Shown: positions 21,009 through 31,375, numbered from the stretch's first letter. The stretch is DNA of 64,000 bases from an uncultured Actinomycetes bacterium (GCA_963841215.1 CAWJBW010000004.1:193870-257869), one strand, 5' to 3'. The notes: generated from the sequence alone by a model not told the origin. A program made the numbers and translations.

Positions 21009-21766
21009 TCAGAGGCGGGCTATGAGATGCGGCGACGCGAGCACGACTGCCTTCCCGAACGCCTCCGACCCTTCCTCCACGGAGGCTATCGGGTCGATCG
21101 TGGGCCACAGGTGGGTGAGCATCAGCCGCCGCGCGCCGCGGCGCGGGCGTGCTCGCCGGCTTGGCGGGCCGACAGGTGGATCGGCGCGCGGATGTCGTCG
21201 TGCTGGTACGTCGCCTCCGACACCACCAGGTCCGCACCGCTCCTGAACGACTCGCAGGTCCATCCGGGGCCGGTGTCGGAGGTGTACACGATCCGCTTGC
21301 CGTCGTGCTCGATCTCGACCGCGACCGTCGGCGGCGGGTGATCGGTGCGCGAGAACCGCACGCCGATCGAACCGGTCGGACCCTTCGGCGCGCCGTCGAG
21401 CTCGATCGCGTCGCCGTCGGCGACGAGGCGCCAGTCGAACGCGTCGCCCCACTCGCCCACCAGCCCCTCGAGTTGCTTCTCGACACCTTCGGGCGCGTAC
21501 ACGGGCAGGCACCGCCGCTCGAGGCCGTACTTGTTGTACACGTGCAGGCCGTACAGGTCGACACAGTGGTCGGGATGCGCGTGCGTGATGATGACCGCAG
21601 TGAGGTCGGCTGGATTCGCGTGTTGCTGGAGGTTCGTGAACGAGCCGTTGCCGCAGTCGAGCCACACCACCTCGTCGCCGGCGCGCACGAGGTAGCCGCT
21701 GCACGCGCCGCCCGACGGTGAGCCGTACGAGCCCGAGCATCCCAGCACCGTCAGTTCCAAGACCAC
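21009..21766 (-). CDS. MBL-fold metallo-hydrolase (same position as the Rv1339-type gene in M. tuberculosis)
   Basis: [11 protein letters not shown]...[14 protein letters not shown]...YTSDTG... The C-terminus ..[12 protein letters not shown].. is in ORF 21009..21830. One frame switch near 21130. Confidence 0.7.
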
Positions 21767-22552
21767 GCCTCCACTCGATCGACCTCGGGTCCGAGGAAGC
21801 GGGCGCCGAGCCGGCGAAACGTATCAACATCGCCGCTCGTTATGAACTCGTGCCGGCCTCGCCCGATCGGCACACGGATGTCGGCCTGGAGAAGCTCGCG
21901 AACTTCGAACGCAGTTTCGTCGGCACTCGACACGAGCACGACGTTCGGGCCCATGACGTCGCCGATGGTGCGGGCGAGCAACGGGTAGTGGGTGCAACCG
22001 AGCACGAGCGTGTCGACGCCGGCATCGGCAACCGGCGCGAGGAGCCGCTCGGCGAGGATGTGCACCTGATCGGAGCCGACGTCGCCGGCCTCGACGAATT
22101 CGACGAAGCCGGGGCATGCCGCGCACGTCAGCGTGACATCGGGAGCGTGCTCGGCGGCGGCCCGCTGGTACGCGCCGGAGGAGATCGTGCCGACCGTCCC
22201 GATCACGCCCACGCGACCGCGACTGTGTCACCTGCCGCGCGGCCCGGATGCCGGGCGCGATCACACCGATCACGGGGATGTCGACGCGGGCCTGGAGTGG
22301 TTCGAGCGCAGCCGCGGCCGCACTGTTGCACGCGACGACGAGCATCTTGATGCGGCGGTCGAGCAGACGGTCGGCGATCTCGAACGAGTACTTGCACACT
22401 TCGTCGGACGGCTTGGGTCCGTACGGGAACCGGCCCGTGTCACCGAAGTAGACGATGTCTTCTTCGGGAAGCAGGTCGATGAGAGACCGCACGACGGTGA
22501 GACCCCCGAGGCCGCTGTCGAACACACCGATCGGACGCCCGTCGCGCGTCAT
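21751..22552 (-). CDS. murI: Glutamate racemase
   Basis: IGVFDSGLGGLTVV, VVACNSAAAAAL, VLGCTHYPLL. One frame switch near 22210. Its 3' end overlaps the MBL gene start. Confidence 0.85.
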
Positions 22553-22562
22553 CGTGGCAACG

Positions 22563-23561
22563 CTACCGCTGACGGTGCGCCGAATTGGCGGAAGCCCGGT
22601 GCAATCGGTCACATATCGCGGCACCGATCCCTTCCCCGGGTGGCGGGACCGCGACGACGACATCGAGCCCGAGCGCGTCGGCTTCGCGGAACCGGGCGTA
22701 GAGCACGCGGGCGTATTCGTCGATGTCGGACGGCGGTTCGAGCACCACGACCGCTTCGGCGAACGGCTCGTCGGCGAGCAGGGGCACCGGTGCCATCGTC
22801 AGGAGGCCGACACGAAGCCCGGCGTCGAGCAGCGAGGCAACGCGCGCAGGAACGGACTCGGCGTCGATCACCTCGACGCGAGCGTCGGGTGCGTAGTGCG
22901 ACGCGAGTGTCCCGGGTGCCGCCACCTCGCCCTGGTTCCGGTGCGCCAGCGGTGCACCGGCGACGCGCGCCAGCGCCGAGGCGCTCACCGCTCCGATCCG
23001 GAGGATCGTGAGCGGCTCCGAGGTGGCGTCGACGATCGTCGACTCGACACCGACGCGGCTCGGACCGCCATCGAGCACGACATCGACGTCGTCGCCGAGG
23101 TCGGCGCGCACGTGCGCGGCGGTGGTCGGGCTCACCCGCCCGAAACGGTTGGCCGACGGCGCGGCAACAGCGCCTGCGAACGCATCGAGCAACGCGCGCG
23201 CCACCGGATCGTCCGGAACGCGGAGGCCGACCGTCGGGCGACCACCGGTCGCGAGCCCGGAGATGCGGTCGGACCGCTTGCGCAACACGAGGGTGAGCGG
23301 GCCGGGCCAGAACGTCGCGCCCAGCGTGTGGGCAACTTCGGGTACGTCGGTGGCGTACTCGTGGAGCGGGGTCGCGGCCGCGATGTGCACGATCACCGGA
23401 TGGTCGGCGGGTCGACCCTTCACGCGGTACAGGCGGCGCAGCGCCTCGTCGTTCCCGGCGTCGGCGCCCAGCCCGTACACGGTCTCGGTCGGGAACGCGA
23501 CCAGTCCCCCGGCACGCAGCACGCGCACCGCTTCGTCGATGTTCGCAGGGGTGTCGGCCAC
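22563..23561 (-). CDS. L-threonylcarbamoyladenylate synthase (YrdC + Sua5 domains)
   Basis: GTG start sharing one nt with the cysM stop. GGLVAFPTETVYGLGADA, RLYRVKGRPADHPVIVH, APSANRFGRVSPT, then a Sua5-type C-terminal domain. Intact. Confidence 0.85.
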   Translation of the reverse strand: MADTPANIDEAVRVLRAGGLVAFPTETVYGLGADAGNDEALRRLYRVKGRPADHPVIVHIAAATPLHEYATDVPEVAHTLGATFWPGPLTLVLRKRSDRISGLATGGRPTVGLRVPDDPVARALLDAFAGAVAAPSANRFGRVSPTTAAHVRADLGDDVDVVLDGGPSRVGVESTIVDATSEPLTILRIGAVSASALARVAGAPLAHRNQGEVAAPGTLASHYAPDARVEVIDAESVPARVASLLDAGLRVGLLTMAPVPLLADEPFAEAVVVLEPPSDIDEYARVLYARFREADALGLDVVVAVPPPGEGIGAAICDRLHRASANSAHRQR

Positions 23562-24499
23562 TACCAGTAGTTGATGCGCGTGGCGCGCTCGACCACCTCG
23601 TCGAGCGGATCGGTCCACGCGCCCGACGACAAGTACTTCCAACCGCCGTCGGGCAACAGCACGACGATGGTGCCGGCATCCAGGGTGGCGGCCGTCTTCA
23701 CGGCGCCTGCGACCGCCGCGCCCGAAGAGATTCCGGCGAACACGCCGCACTCCTCGAGCAGCCGGCGCGTGAACTCGACGGACTCACGCGGCCGCACGAT
23801 CATCTTGCGGTCGAGCAGGCCCGGTTCGAAGATCGGCGGCACGAACCCGTCCTCGAGGTTTCGCAGCCCCTGTACGAGCTCGCCCGACGGCGGCTCGACC
23901 GCGACCACCTTCACGCCCGGCTTCCGTTCCTTCAGGTAGCGGCCCGCGCCCATGAGCGTCCCGCTCGTCCCGAGGCCCGCGACGAAGACGTCGATCTCCG
24001 GACAGTCGCGCAGGATCTCGGGGCCGGTCCCTTCGTAGTGCGCGAGCGGATTCGCGGGGTTGCCGTACTGGAACAGCAGCACGTAGTCGGGTTCGTCGGC
24101 TGCGATCTTCTCGGCCATGCGGATCGCGCCGTTGCTGCCCTCGCCGCCGGGCGAGAGCGTGATCTCGGCGCCGAAGATCTCCAGCAGCTGCCGGCGCTCT
24201 ATCGACACGTTCTCGGGCATGACGACCCGGAGCGCATAGCCGCGCAGCTTGGCGACCAGCGCCAGCCCGATACCCGTGTTGCCCGACGACGGTTCGAGGA
24301 TCGTGGCGCCGGGCTGCAGCCGGCCGTCGGCAACGGCCAACTCGATCATCTTGAGCGCGATGCGATCCTTGGAGGAACCGCCCGGGTTCTGACCTTCGAG
24401 CTTGGCCCAGATGCGGACCGCGGGGTTGGGCGAGAGCGCGTGCACACCGACGAGCGGCGTGTTGCCGATCAGCCCGAGGACATCGTCGAATGCGCTCAC
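23561..24499 (-). CDS. cysM: Cysteine synthase, CysM-type (PLP-dependent; partner of CysO thiocarboxylate)
   Basis: Intact 312 aa: GNTPLV...NPGGSSKDRIA...SSGNTGIGLA...GTSGTLMG... Its GTG start overlaps the cysO stop (GTGTGA). Confidence 0.85.
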   Translation of the reverse strand: MSAFDDVLGLIGNTPLVGVHALSPNPAVRIWAKLEGQNPGGSSKDRIALKMIELAVADGRLQPGATILEPSSGNTGIGLALVAKLRGYALRVVMPENVSIERRQLLEIFGAEITLSPGGEGSNGAIRMAEKIAADEPDYVLLFQYGNPANPLAHYEGTGPEILRDCPEIDVFVAGLGTSGTLMGAGRYLKERKPGVKVVAVEPPSGELVQGLRNLEDGFVPPIFEPGLLDRKMIVRPRESVEFTRRLLEECGVFAGISSGAAVAGAVKTAATLDAGTIVVLLPDGGWKYLSSGAWTDPLDEVVERATRINYW

Positions 24500-24798
24500 A
24501 CGCCGCCGGCGACTGCGGGACGACTGTCCCCCGCGACCGCCGGAAGGATCGAGAGCTCGTCACCGTCGGCGAGCTCGGTGTCGAGACCTGCGAGGTAGCG
24601 GATGTCGTCGTCGTCCTTGTAGACGTTGACGAACTTGTGCAGCCCGCCGCTGTCGTCGAGCAGGTTGGCGCGCAGATCCGGATACCGCTCGACCAACGAG
24701 CCGAACACCTCGCCCACGGTCGCGCCGTCGACGCTGACGGAAGCTTGCCCGTCGGCTCGGGTACGCAGGACTGTCGGAAGCTTCACCTCGACGGGCAC
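24496..24798 (-). CDS. cysO: MoaD/ThiS-family sulfur carrier protein (CysO-like) with extended C-terminus
   Basis: 100 aa ending ...SILPAVAGDSRPAVAGGV*. Lies next to cysM and a JAMM protease gene. Confidence 0.75.
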   Translation of the reverse strand: MPVEVKLPTVLRTRADGQASVSVDGATVGEVFGSLVERYPDLRANLLDDSGGLHKFVNVYKDDDDIRYLAGLDTELADGDELSILPAVAGDSRPAVAGGV

Positions 24799-24854
24799 GA
24801 TGAGCCTTTCGTGACGCGGGAACGGCTTCGCAGGCTACAACCGGACCAGTCCGG

Positions 24855-25290
24855 TCAGGATTCCGGCGCCTCGGCTCGCAGTCGGGCCAGCTCTTCCTTC
24901 TCGTCGAGACGGATGCGACGGTTGCGGCGCACGATCACGCCGATGATCACGGAGGCGAGCACGCCGAGGAACAGCGATACGAGCATGACGACGCCGGGTG
25001 TCGTGTCGAAATCGAACACCAGCCACGTTCAGCTCGATCTGATCGGTGTTCTGCGCGACGAACGCGAGGACCGCGGCCGCCAGCACGAGCCCGCTCACGA
25101 CGGCCGGCATGACTCCGGTCCCGACACGATGTTCGGTCGTGGCGGGTTCGGTCGTGGCGGGTTGCGCCGCCGCTTGCTCGACCGGCGTCGCGGGCGAGGT
25201 TGCCGGCGTCGGTGCCGGTGTCGATTCGGGCGAGGCTGCGGGCGAGGGTGCCGGCGTCGGCTCGTCGCCGGCGGGAGGACGGGAGGCCAT
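24855..25290 (-). CDS. LapA-domain (DUF1049-like) membrane protein with Pro/Thr/Ala-rich N-terminus
   Basis: ...GVMPAVVSGLVLAAAVLAFVAQNTDQIELNV.. then, after a frame switch near 25020, ..WVFDFDTTPGVVMLVSLFLGVLASVIIGVIVRRNRRIRLDEKEELARLRAEAPES*. Confidence 0.5.
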
Positions 25291-25318
25291 GGGTCTTGCC
25301 TACCCCCTCGTGCAACCG

Positions 25319-25768
25319 TCAACCGCGGTCGAGCACCACCGGGATCTCGGCGATCGTGCCTTCACGAATGCGGTACGCCCGCAGCACCGGCTGGTCGCGC
25401 AGGCTCACGAGCACGTAGATCCAGTTCGGATACCACTCGGCCTGCCGCACATCCGTCGGTGACGGGTACGCGTCGGTGTGGGTGTGGCTGTGCCAGCAGC
25501 CGACGAGCTCCTCGCCGCGCCCCTCGGCATCACGCCCCGCGCGCAGCAGGTCGCGCGAGTCCACGGTGTAGGTCATCGCCGATGCATCCGCGTTCGCCGT
25601 CGGGCGCGCCTCGGTGATGACGCCGGTGGGCTCGGACTCCTCGCCGACGGGTCCGGCGAACAAGCCGCACGCCTCGTTCGGGAGCCCGTCGTAGCAGTGC
25701 GCCACGATCGTCCGGTACTGCGACTCCGACAACCGCAGCGTCGGTGTCGCGAATTGGTCTCGGCTCAT
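25319..25768 (-). CDS. mec: Mov34/MPN/JAMM-family metalloprotease (Mec-like)
   Basis: ...EACGLFAG...GCWHSHTHTDAYPSPTD... is a JAMM motif. Its ATG overlaps the upstream stop (ATGA at 25765-25768). Confidence 0.75.
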   Translation of the reverse strand: MSRDQFATPTLRLSESQYRTIVAHCYDGLPNEACGLFAGPVGEESEPTGVITEARPTANADASAMTYTVDSRDLLRAGRDAEGRGEELVGCWHSHTHTDAYPSPTDVRQAEWYPNWIYVLVSLRDQPVLRAYRIREGTIAEIPVVLDRG

Positions 25769-28082
25769 GTCCCCGGCGCGGCGTCCTGGATCGCGCGCCA
25801 GACGCGTTCGGCGGTGCACGGCATGTCGAGGTGACGGACGCCGAGATGCGACAGCGCGTCGACGATGGCGTTGTGCACGGCGGGCGTCGACCCGATCGTC
25901 GCCGACTCGCCGATGCCTTTCGCGCCGAGCGGGTTGAGGGGGCTCGGTGTCTCGGTGTTGGAGACCTCGAACGACGGCAGCTCCGCGGCCGACGGCATCG
26001 CGTAGTCCAGGAGGCTGGCGGTGACGGGATTCGCGTCCTCGTCGTACTGCACGGCCTCGTAGAGCACCTGCGCGACACCTTGCGCGATGCCGCCGTGTTG
26101 CTGACCCTTCACGAGCAAAGGGTTGAGCACGCGGCCGCAGTCGTCGACCGCGACGTGGCGGAGCAGTTCGACCCGCCCGGTTTCGCGGTCGATCTCGACC
26201 ACCGCGATGTGCGCGCCGAACGGGAACGACGACGAGCCGGCATCGAAGGTCAGCTCGTGGGCGAGGCGCGCCTCCATGCTCTCGGGCCGGCGGTCGTCGT
26301 CCTTCACTGCGCTCGCGAGGTCACCCCATGACAGGACGCGCGCGGGCACGCCCGCGACCTGCAGTCCGCCCTCACCGAGGACGACGTCGTCGGGGTTCGC
26401 CTCGAACAGATGCGCGGCGAGTTGCTTCGCCTGGGTCAGCACCTCGTCGCTCGCGATCTTGAGCGCGCTGCCCGCGGTCTGCAGCGAGCGGGAGCCGCCG
26501 GTGCCACCACCCTGCGGGATCAGCTTCGTGTCCGACTGGAGGATCGTGATCTGCTCGAACGGCACACCCAGCACGTCGCTGACGATCATCGAGAACGCGG
26601 TCTCGTGCCCCTGTCCGTGCGAGCTCGTACCGACGTACGCGAGGACGTGACCATCGTCCTCGATCTCGACCTTCCCCCACTCTCGGTACAGGCCGACCGG
26701 GGCCGTGATCTCGACGTAACACGACAACCCGATCCCGAGCAGCTTCGTGTCGTCGCGTGCGCGTCGTGCCGCCTGTTCCGCGCGCAGATCGTCGTAGCCC
26801 GCGTTCTCGAGCACGGCCGCGAGCGGACGTTCGTAGTCACCGCAGTCGTACGTCGCTCCGGTGATGGTCGTGTACGGGAACGCGTCGCTCGGGATGAAGT
26901 TCCGGCGGCGGATCTCGACCGGGTCGAGATCGATCTCGTCGGCGGCGATGTCGAGCATGCGTTCGACGAAGTGGGTTGCTTCCGGACGGCCGGCGCCGCG
27001 GTACGCGGCAACGGGTGTGGTGTTCGTCATCGCCGCTTGCCAGTTGAACTCGATCTTCGGCGTCCGGTACACCTGCTGCGACATCATCTGCGTGAAGAAC
27101 GGCAGGAACGCGCCGACCGCCGGGTAGGCGCCGGCGTCGCCGATGCTGCGCGCGCGCAGTCCGGTGATCGTGCCGTCGCGCTTCACGCCGAGCTCGGCGT
27201 AGATCACCTGGGCGCGCCCGTGCCCCATCGCAACCATGTTCTCGGAGCGGGTCTCGGCCCACTTCACCGGGCGGTCGAGTGCCTGTGCGGCTTTGGCGAC
27301 CAGGAGGAACTCGACGTAGATGCCCTGCTTCGGCCCGAACCCACCGCCGACCGCGGCGCAGCGCGCGCGCACGAGGTCGTTGGACAACCCGAGCACCCCG
27401 GCGACCGCGTCGCGCACGGCGTGCGGTCCCTGCGACGAGACCCACACCGTCATCCCGCCGTCGGGATCGCCGGGAACGGCGATCATTCCGTTGCCTTCCA
27501 TCGGCACTGCGGCCAACCGCTGGTTCACGATCCGCTGCGTGACGACGACGTCGGCGTCGTCGAGCACGCCGTCGACCGGCCCGGTACCCATCATGTTGGC
27601 GACGTTCGAACCGTGCTCCTCGTGCAGGAGCGGCGCGTCGGGCGCGAGCGCGGCTTCCATGTCGGGGACCGCCGGGAGTGGGTCGTAGTCGATGATGACG
27701 GTCTCGGCCGCGTCGGCGGCGGCAGTCTTGGACTGCTGCGATCACCATCGCGACGATGTCGCCGACGAACCGCACCTTGCCGCGCGAGCGGCGGCCGATT
27801 CATCGTCGGCGGCAACATCACGAAGCCGTGATGATCGGCGAGGTCGAGGTCGTCCGTTGCGAACACGGCGACAACGCCGGGCATCGCCTTGGCATCATCG
27901 GTGTCGATCGCCTCGATCCTGGCGTGCGCGATGGTCGACCGGACGAACGCGACGTGCAGGAGCCCTTGGATGTCGAGGTCGTCGAGATACTCGACTTCAC
28001 CGGTGAGGATGCCGGGATCCTCCCGGCGGATCACCGGGTTCCCGAGAATCGAACCGGCCGAGACCGGAACGGATTGGGCCAT
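25765..28082 (-). CDS. Xanthine dehydrogenase-family molybdopterin-binding large subunit (CoxL/aldehyde-oxidase-like)
   Basis: GNPVIRREDPGILTGEVEYLDD, AVPMEGNG, GGGFGPK, AAYRGAGRPEA, GTSSHGQGHET, GGTGGSRS, AKGIGES. 2-3 frame switches between 27600 and 27800. Confidence 0.8.
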
Positions 28083-28132
28083 GTGCCGTGTGCCTCCTGC
28101 CGCGACTGCGGGGGCACCCTAACAAGGCACCT

Positions 28133-29065
28133 CTAAGCGCGAACATAACGGTCGGCGATGTCGCGCATGACCGCGTCGAACTCGGCCATGGTCTTCCGGA
28201 AGATCGATGCGACCGGCTCCACCGCATCGATGCGGCCGGCCACCTGACCGCCGAAGGCGAACGAGGCATCGAGGTTGCCGTTGAAGTAGAGGTCGAGAAC
28301 GTTCGCGAGATTCGGGATCACCGGCTCCCCCGCCTGCTCGGCGCGTTCGCTGAACGCGGACTTGAGCACGCGGAACGCGGGCGGGTTGGCGCGGTTCAGC
28401 AGGATCGTGTCCGACTCGGTCGCGGCGCAGACGAGCTGCTTCCAATTGTCGTGCACGGGCGACTCTGCCGCGCTCACCATGCGCGTACCCATCTGAACGC
28501 CCTCGGCACCGAGCACGAAGGCGGCGGCCATCGACCGACCGTCGCACACCCCACCCGCGGCGATCACCGGGACGTCGACATGCGCACCGACGAGCGGCAA
28601 CAACACCATCGTCGACGCACCGGTCGGTGCCTTGAACCCGCCGCCTTCGTTTCCTTCCACCACCAGACCGTCGACGCCGGCGTCGACCGCTTTTCGTGCG
28701 CCGCGCAGCGACGGAACGACGTGGAACACGGTGAGTCCTGCGTCCTTCAGCAGCTGCGTGTACTTCGTCGGATCGCCGGCCGACGTCGTCACGAACGTCA
28801 CACCGTTCTCGACGACGAAGTCGACGATCGACGGATCCCGGACGAACAGCTGCGCGATGTTGACGCCGAACGGCTTGTCGGTGAGGTCGCGCATCTTCCG
28901 GATCTCTTCGCGAACGGCATCGAGCTGTCCGGAGGATGTCTCGATGATGCCCATGCCGCCCGCGTTCGAGACCGCCGACGCGAGCTGCGCACGGGCGATG
29001 AAGCCCATCGGCGCCTGCACGATGGGGTGCTCGATCCCGAGCATGGCCGTGATCCGGTTCTCCAT
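28133..29065 (-). CDS. Nitronate monooxygenase (NMO / 2-nitropropane dioxygenase family)
   Basis: Intact 310 aa inside ORF 28133..30322: LGIEHPIVQAPMGFIA...GGMGII...VVEGNEGGGF...VIAAGGVCDGRSMAAAFVLGAEGVQMGTR. Confidence 0.8.
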   Translation of the reverse strand: MENRITAMLGIEHPIVQAPMGFIARAQLASAVSNAGGMGIIETSSGQLDAVREEIRKMRDLTDKPFGVNIAQLFVRDPSIVDFVVENGVTFVTTSAGDPTKYTQLLKDAGLTVFHVVPSLRGARKAVDAGVDGLVVEGNEGGGFKAPTGASTMVLLPLVGAHVDVPVIAAGGVCDGRSMAAAFVLGAEGVQMGTRMVSAAESPVHDNWKQLVCAATESDTILLNRANPPAFRVLKSAFSERAEQAGEPVIPNLANVLDLYFNGNLDASFAFGGQVAGRIDAVEPVASIFRKTMAEFDAVMRDIADRYVRA

Positions 29066-29122
29066 GCCGGGATTGTGGCCGGTGTGGCACGCTCCCTGCA
29101 TGGCCGACGACCCGGAACACCC

Positions 29123-29989
29123 GTGATCATCGAGGCCGCGCTCAACGGCGTGACCGCCAAAGCGCGCAACCCGCTCGTGCCCGTCACGCCCGACGAGCAC
29201 GCCGAGGACGCGATCGCGTGCATCGACGCCGGCGCGGCGGTGATCCACACCCACGCCGAGCACATGACCGCGCCGGCGGATGAGGTCGCCGAGGAGTACG
29301 CCCGCGCCTACCGCCCGGTGCTCGCAGCGCGGCCGGGTGCGATCTGTTACGCGACGACCGGTATCGGCCCGACGATCCAGGACCGCTACCGGCACGTCGA
29401 GCTGCTCGCCGACATGGGCCTGACGCGCGCCGCGTTCCTCGATACCGGTTCGGTGATGCTCGGCGGCACCGGACCCGACGGACTGCCCGCCGGGCGGGGC
29501 TATGCGTACACGAACGACTTCGCCGACGTCGCGTACAAGATGCGCGTGTGCACCGAGCGCGGGATGGGGCCGAGCATCGCGGTGTTCGAACCCGGCTTCC
29601 TCCGCGTCGTCCTCGCGTACCAGAAGGCCGGCGCGTTGCCGCGCGGTGCACTCGTGAAGCTGTACTTCTCCGAAGGTGGGTACCTCGGTGGTGGCGAGCC
29701 GCTCTGGGGCCTTCCGCCGACGCGCGAATCGTTGGACGCGTACCTCGCGATGATCGGCGACGCGCCGATCGACTGGGCGGTAGCGGTGCTCGGCGGTTCG
29801 CTGCTCGCCGCGCCGATTGCACGTCTCGCGCTCGAGCGTGGCGGCCACCTCCGCGTCGGTCTCGAGGACTTCGACGGCGGGCCGGCGAACGCCGAGCAGG
29901 TCGCCGGCGCGGCGAAGCTGTGCGCGGAGGTCGGCCGGCCGGTTGCGTCGATCGACGAAGCCGCCGCGATCCTGGACCTCCCGTCGTGA
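29123..29989 (+). CDS. 3-keto-5-aminohexanoate cleavage enzyme family protein (BKACE/DUF849)
   Basis: (V)IIEAALNGVTAKARNPLVPVTPDEHAEDAIACIDAGAAVIHTH...GHLRVGLED.. GTG start chosen at 29123. An upstream ATG at 29100 is out of frame. Confidence 0.7.
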   Translation: MIIEAALNGVTAKARNPLVPVTPDEHAEDAIACIDAGAAVIHTHAEHMTAPADEVAEEYARAYRPVLAARPGAICYATTGIGPTIQDRYRHVELLADMGLTRAAFLDTGSVMLGGTGPDGLPAGRGYAYTNDFADVAYKMRVCTERGMGPSIAVFEPGFLRVVLAYQKAGALPRGALVKLYFSEGGYLGGGEPLWGLPPTRESLDAYLAMIGDAPIDWAVAVLGGSLLAAPIARLALERGGHLRVGLEDFDGGPANAEQVAGAAKLCAEVGRPVASIDEAAAILDLPS

Positions 29990-30016
29990 CGACTGCAGAC
30001 GAGAACACGCGCGCTC

Positions 30017-30370
30017 GTGAAGCGCTTCATCGACGCGCTCTCGGCCGGTGACGTCGCGGGCGCGGCTGCGTGCTTCGACGCCGAGCGCTACTACTCGCAC
30101 GCGTGGGAGGGCGACCTCGCGGTGACGTGGGAGAAGATGAAGGCGCGCCGCCGCGACGACACGTTCAGCGACTGGAAGTCGGAGTCGATCGTGTTCGTGG
30201 CCGACGGTGACCGGGTGGTGCACCACGCGCACCACGATGTCGTCGAAGCCGCGACCGGCACGCGAGCGGACCTCTTCACGCTCGAGATCTGGCGCATCGA
30301 GGACGGCCTCATCGTGGAGCACTGGGGTGGGCTCCGAGAGTACGAGCGATTCCGCGAACAGCTGGGTTGA
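30017..30370 (+). CDS. SnoaL-like / NTF2-family small protein
   Basis: 117 aa, ...FIDALSAGDVAGAAACF...FTLEIWRIEDGLIVEHWG... Typical size and C-terminal motif of SnoaL-like proteins. Confidence 0.55.
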   Translation: MKRFIDALSAGDVAGAAACFDAERYYSHAWEGDLAVTWEKMKARRRDDTFSDWKSESIVFVADGDRVVHHAHHDVVEAATGTRADLFTLEIWRIEDGLIVEHWGGLREYERFREQLG

Positions 30371-30397
30371 CGACCGGGTCGGGTACCGTCGGCAGCC

Positions 30398-30862
30398 ATG
30401 TCACGCCGCGGTGATCAGCTCATCATCACGAACCGCAAGGCGCGCTACGACTACCACGTCCTCGACACCTACGAGTGCGGCATCATGCTGCTCGGCGCGG
30501 AGGTGAAGTCGATCCGCGAGGGCCACGCGAACCTCCAGGACGGGTACGCGCGCGTCGACGAGGGCGAGGTCTGGCTGCACGGGCTGCACGTCATGCCGTA
30601 CGCGTTCTCGCACGGCGTGACGCTCGATCCGGTCCGCAAGCGGAAGCTGCTGTTGCACCGCAAGCAGATCGAGGAGATCACACGAGCGACCGCCGAGAAG
30701 GGTGTGACGCTGGTCCCGCTGCGCGTCTACTTCAAAGACGGCCGAGCCAAGGTCGAGCTCGCAGTCGCACGCGGGAAAGCCCGCTACGACAAGCGGCAGG
30801 CGATCGCCGCCAGGGACTCGAAGCGGGAAGCCGACCGCGCGCTCAAGGCCTACCGCCGCTGA
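30398..30862 (+). CDS. smpB: SsrA-binding protein SmpB
   Basis: Intact 154 aa: NRKARYDYHVLDTYECGIMLLGAEVKSIREG...KRKLLLHRKQI...VPLRVYFKDGRAKVELAVARGK..YDKR. Confidence 0.9.
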   Translation: MSRRGDQLIITNRKARYDYHVLDTYECGIMLLGAEVKSIREGHANLQDGYARVDEGEVWLHGLHVMPYAFSHGVTLDPVRKRKLLLHRKQIEEITRATAEKGVTLVPLRVYFKDGRAKVELAVARGKARYDKRQAIAARDSKREADRALKAYRR

Positions 30863-30906
30863 CGCGCGCGGCGACGACGGCGACGCGGCCCCGTCAGTGC
30901 GAGCGG

Positions 30907-31299
30907 TCAGTGCGAGTGGCCGGAGTGGTCGGCGTGCTCCGCGTTGTGCTCGGCGACGGAGGCATGCACCTTCTCCATGTCGAGCGCGCGCACCTGCGTG
31001 ATGAGGTCGTCGAGCGCGGAGGCGGGAAGGGCACCCGGCTGTGAGAACACGACGACGTTCTCGCGGAAGACCATGAGGGTGGGGATCGACTGGATGCCGA
31101 ACGAAGCGGCAAGATCCTGCTGGGCCTCGGTGTCGACCTTGGCGAACACCAGGTCGGGATTGGTCTCCGACGCCTGCTCGAACACCGGACCGAACTGACG
31201 GCACGGGCCGCACCACGACGCCCAGAAGTCGACCAACACGGTGTCGTTGCCCGTGACGGTCTGCTCGAAGTTGGTTGCGGTCATCTCGACGGTGGTCAT
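30907..31299 (-). CDS. trxA: Thioredoxin with His-rich C-terminal tail
   Basis: VLVDFWASWCGPCRQFGP...IPTLMVF.. Tail ...VAEHNAEHADHSGHSH. Confidence 0.85.
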   Translation of the reverse strand: MTTVEMTATNFEQTVTGNDTVLVDFWASWCGPCRQFGPVFEQASETNPDLVFAKVDTEAQQDLAASFGIQSIPTLMVFRENVVVFSQPGALPASALDDLITQVRALDMEKVHASVAEHNAEHADHSGHSH

Positions 31300-31349
31300 G
31301 CGCGGGTGCTCCGGATTCGTGGATCGGTCAGTGTGGTCGGTCAGGGTGC

Positions 31350-31375
31350 AACCCTCGTGGTGTACCCGACATTCC
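31350..31375 (-). promoter_or_regulatory. SigH/sigmaR-type ECF promoter candidate upstream of thioredoxin
   Basis: The minus strand reads GGAAT-(18 nt: GTCGGGTACACCACGAGG)-GTTG about 50 nt upstream of the trx ATG. This matches the GGAAT-N18-GTT pattern known for sigmaR/SigH promoters, which classically drive thioredoxin genes. Confidence 0.5.
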
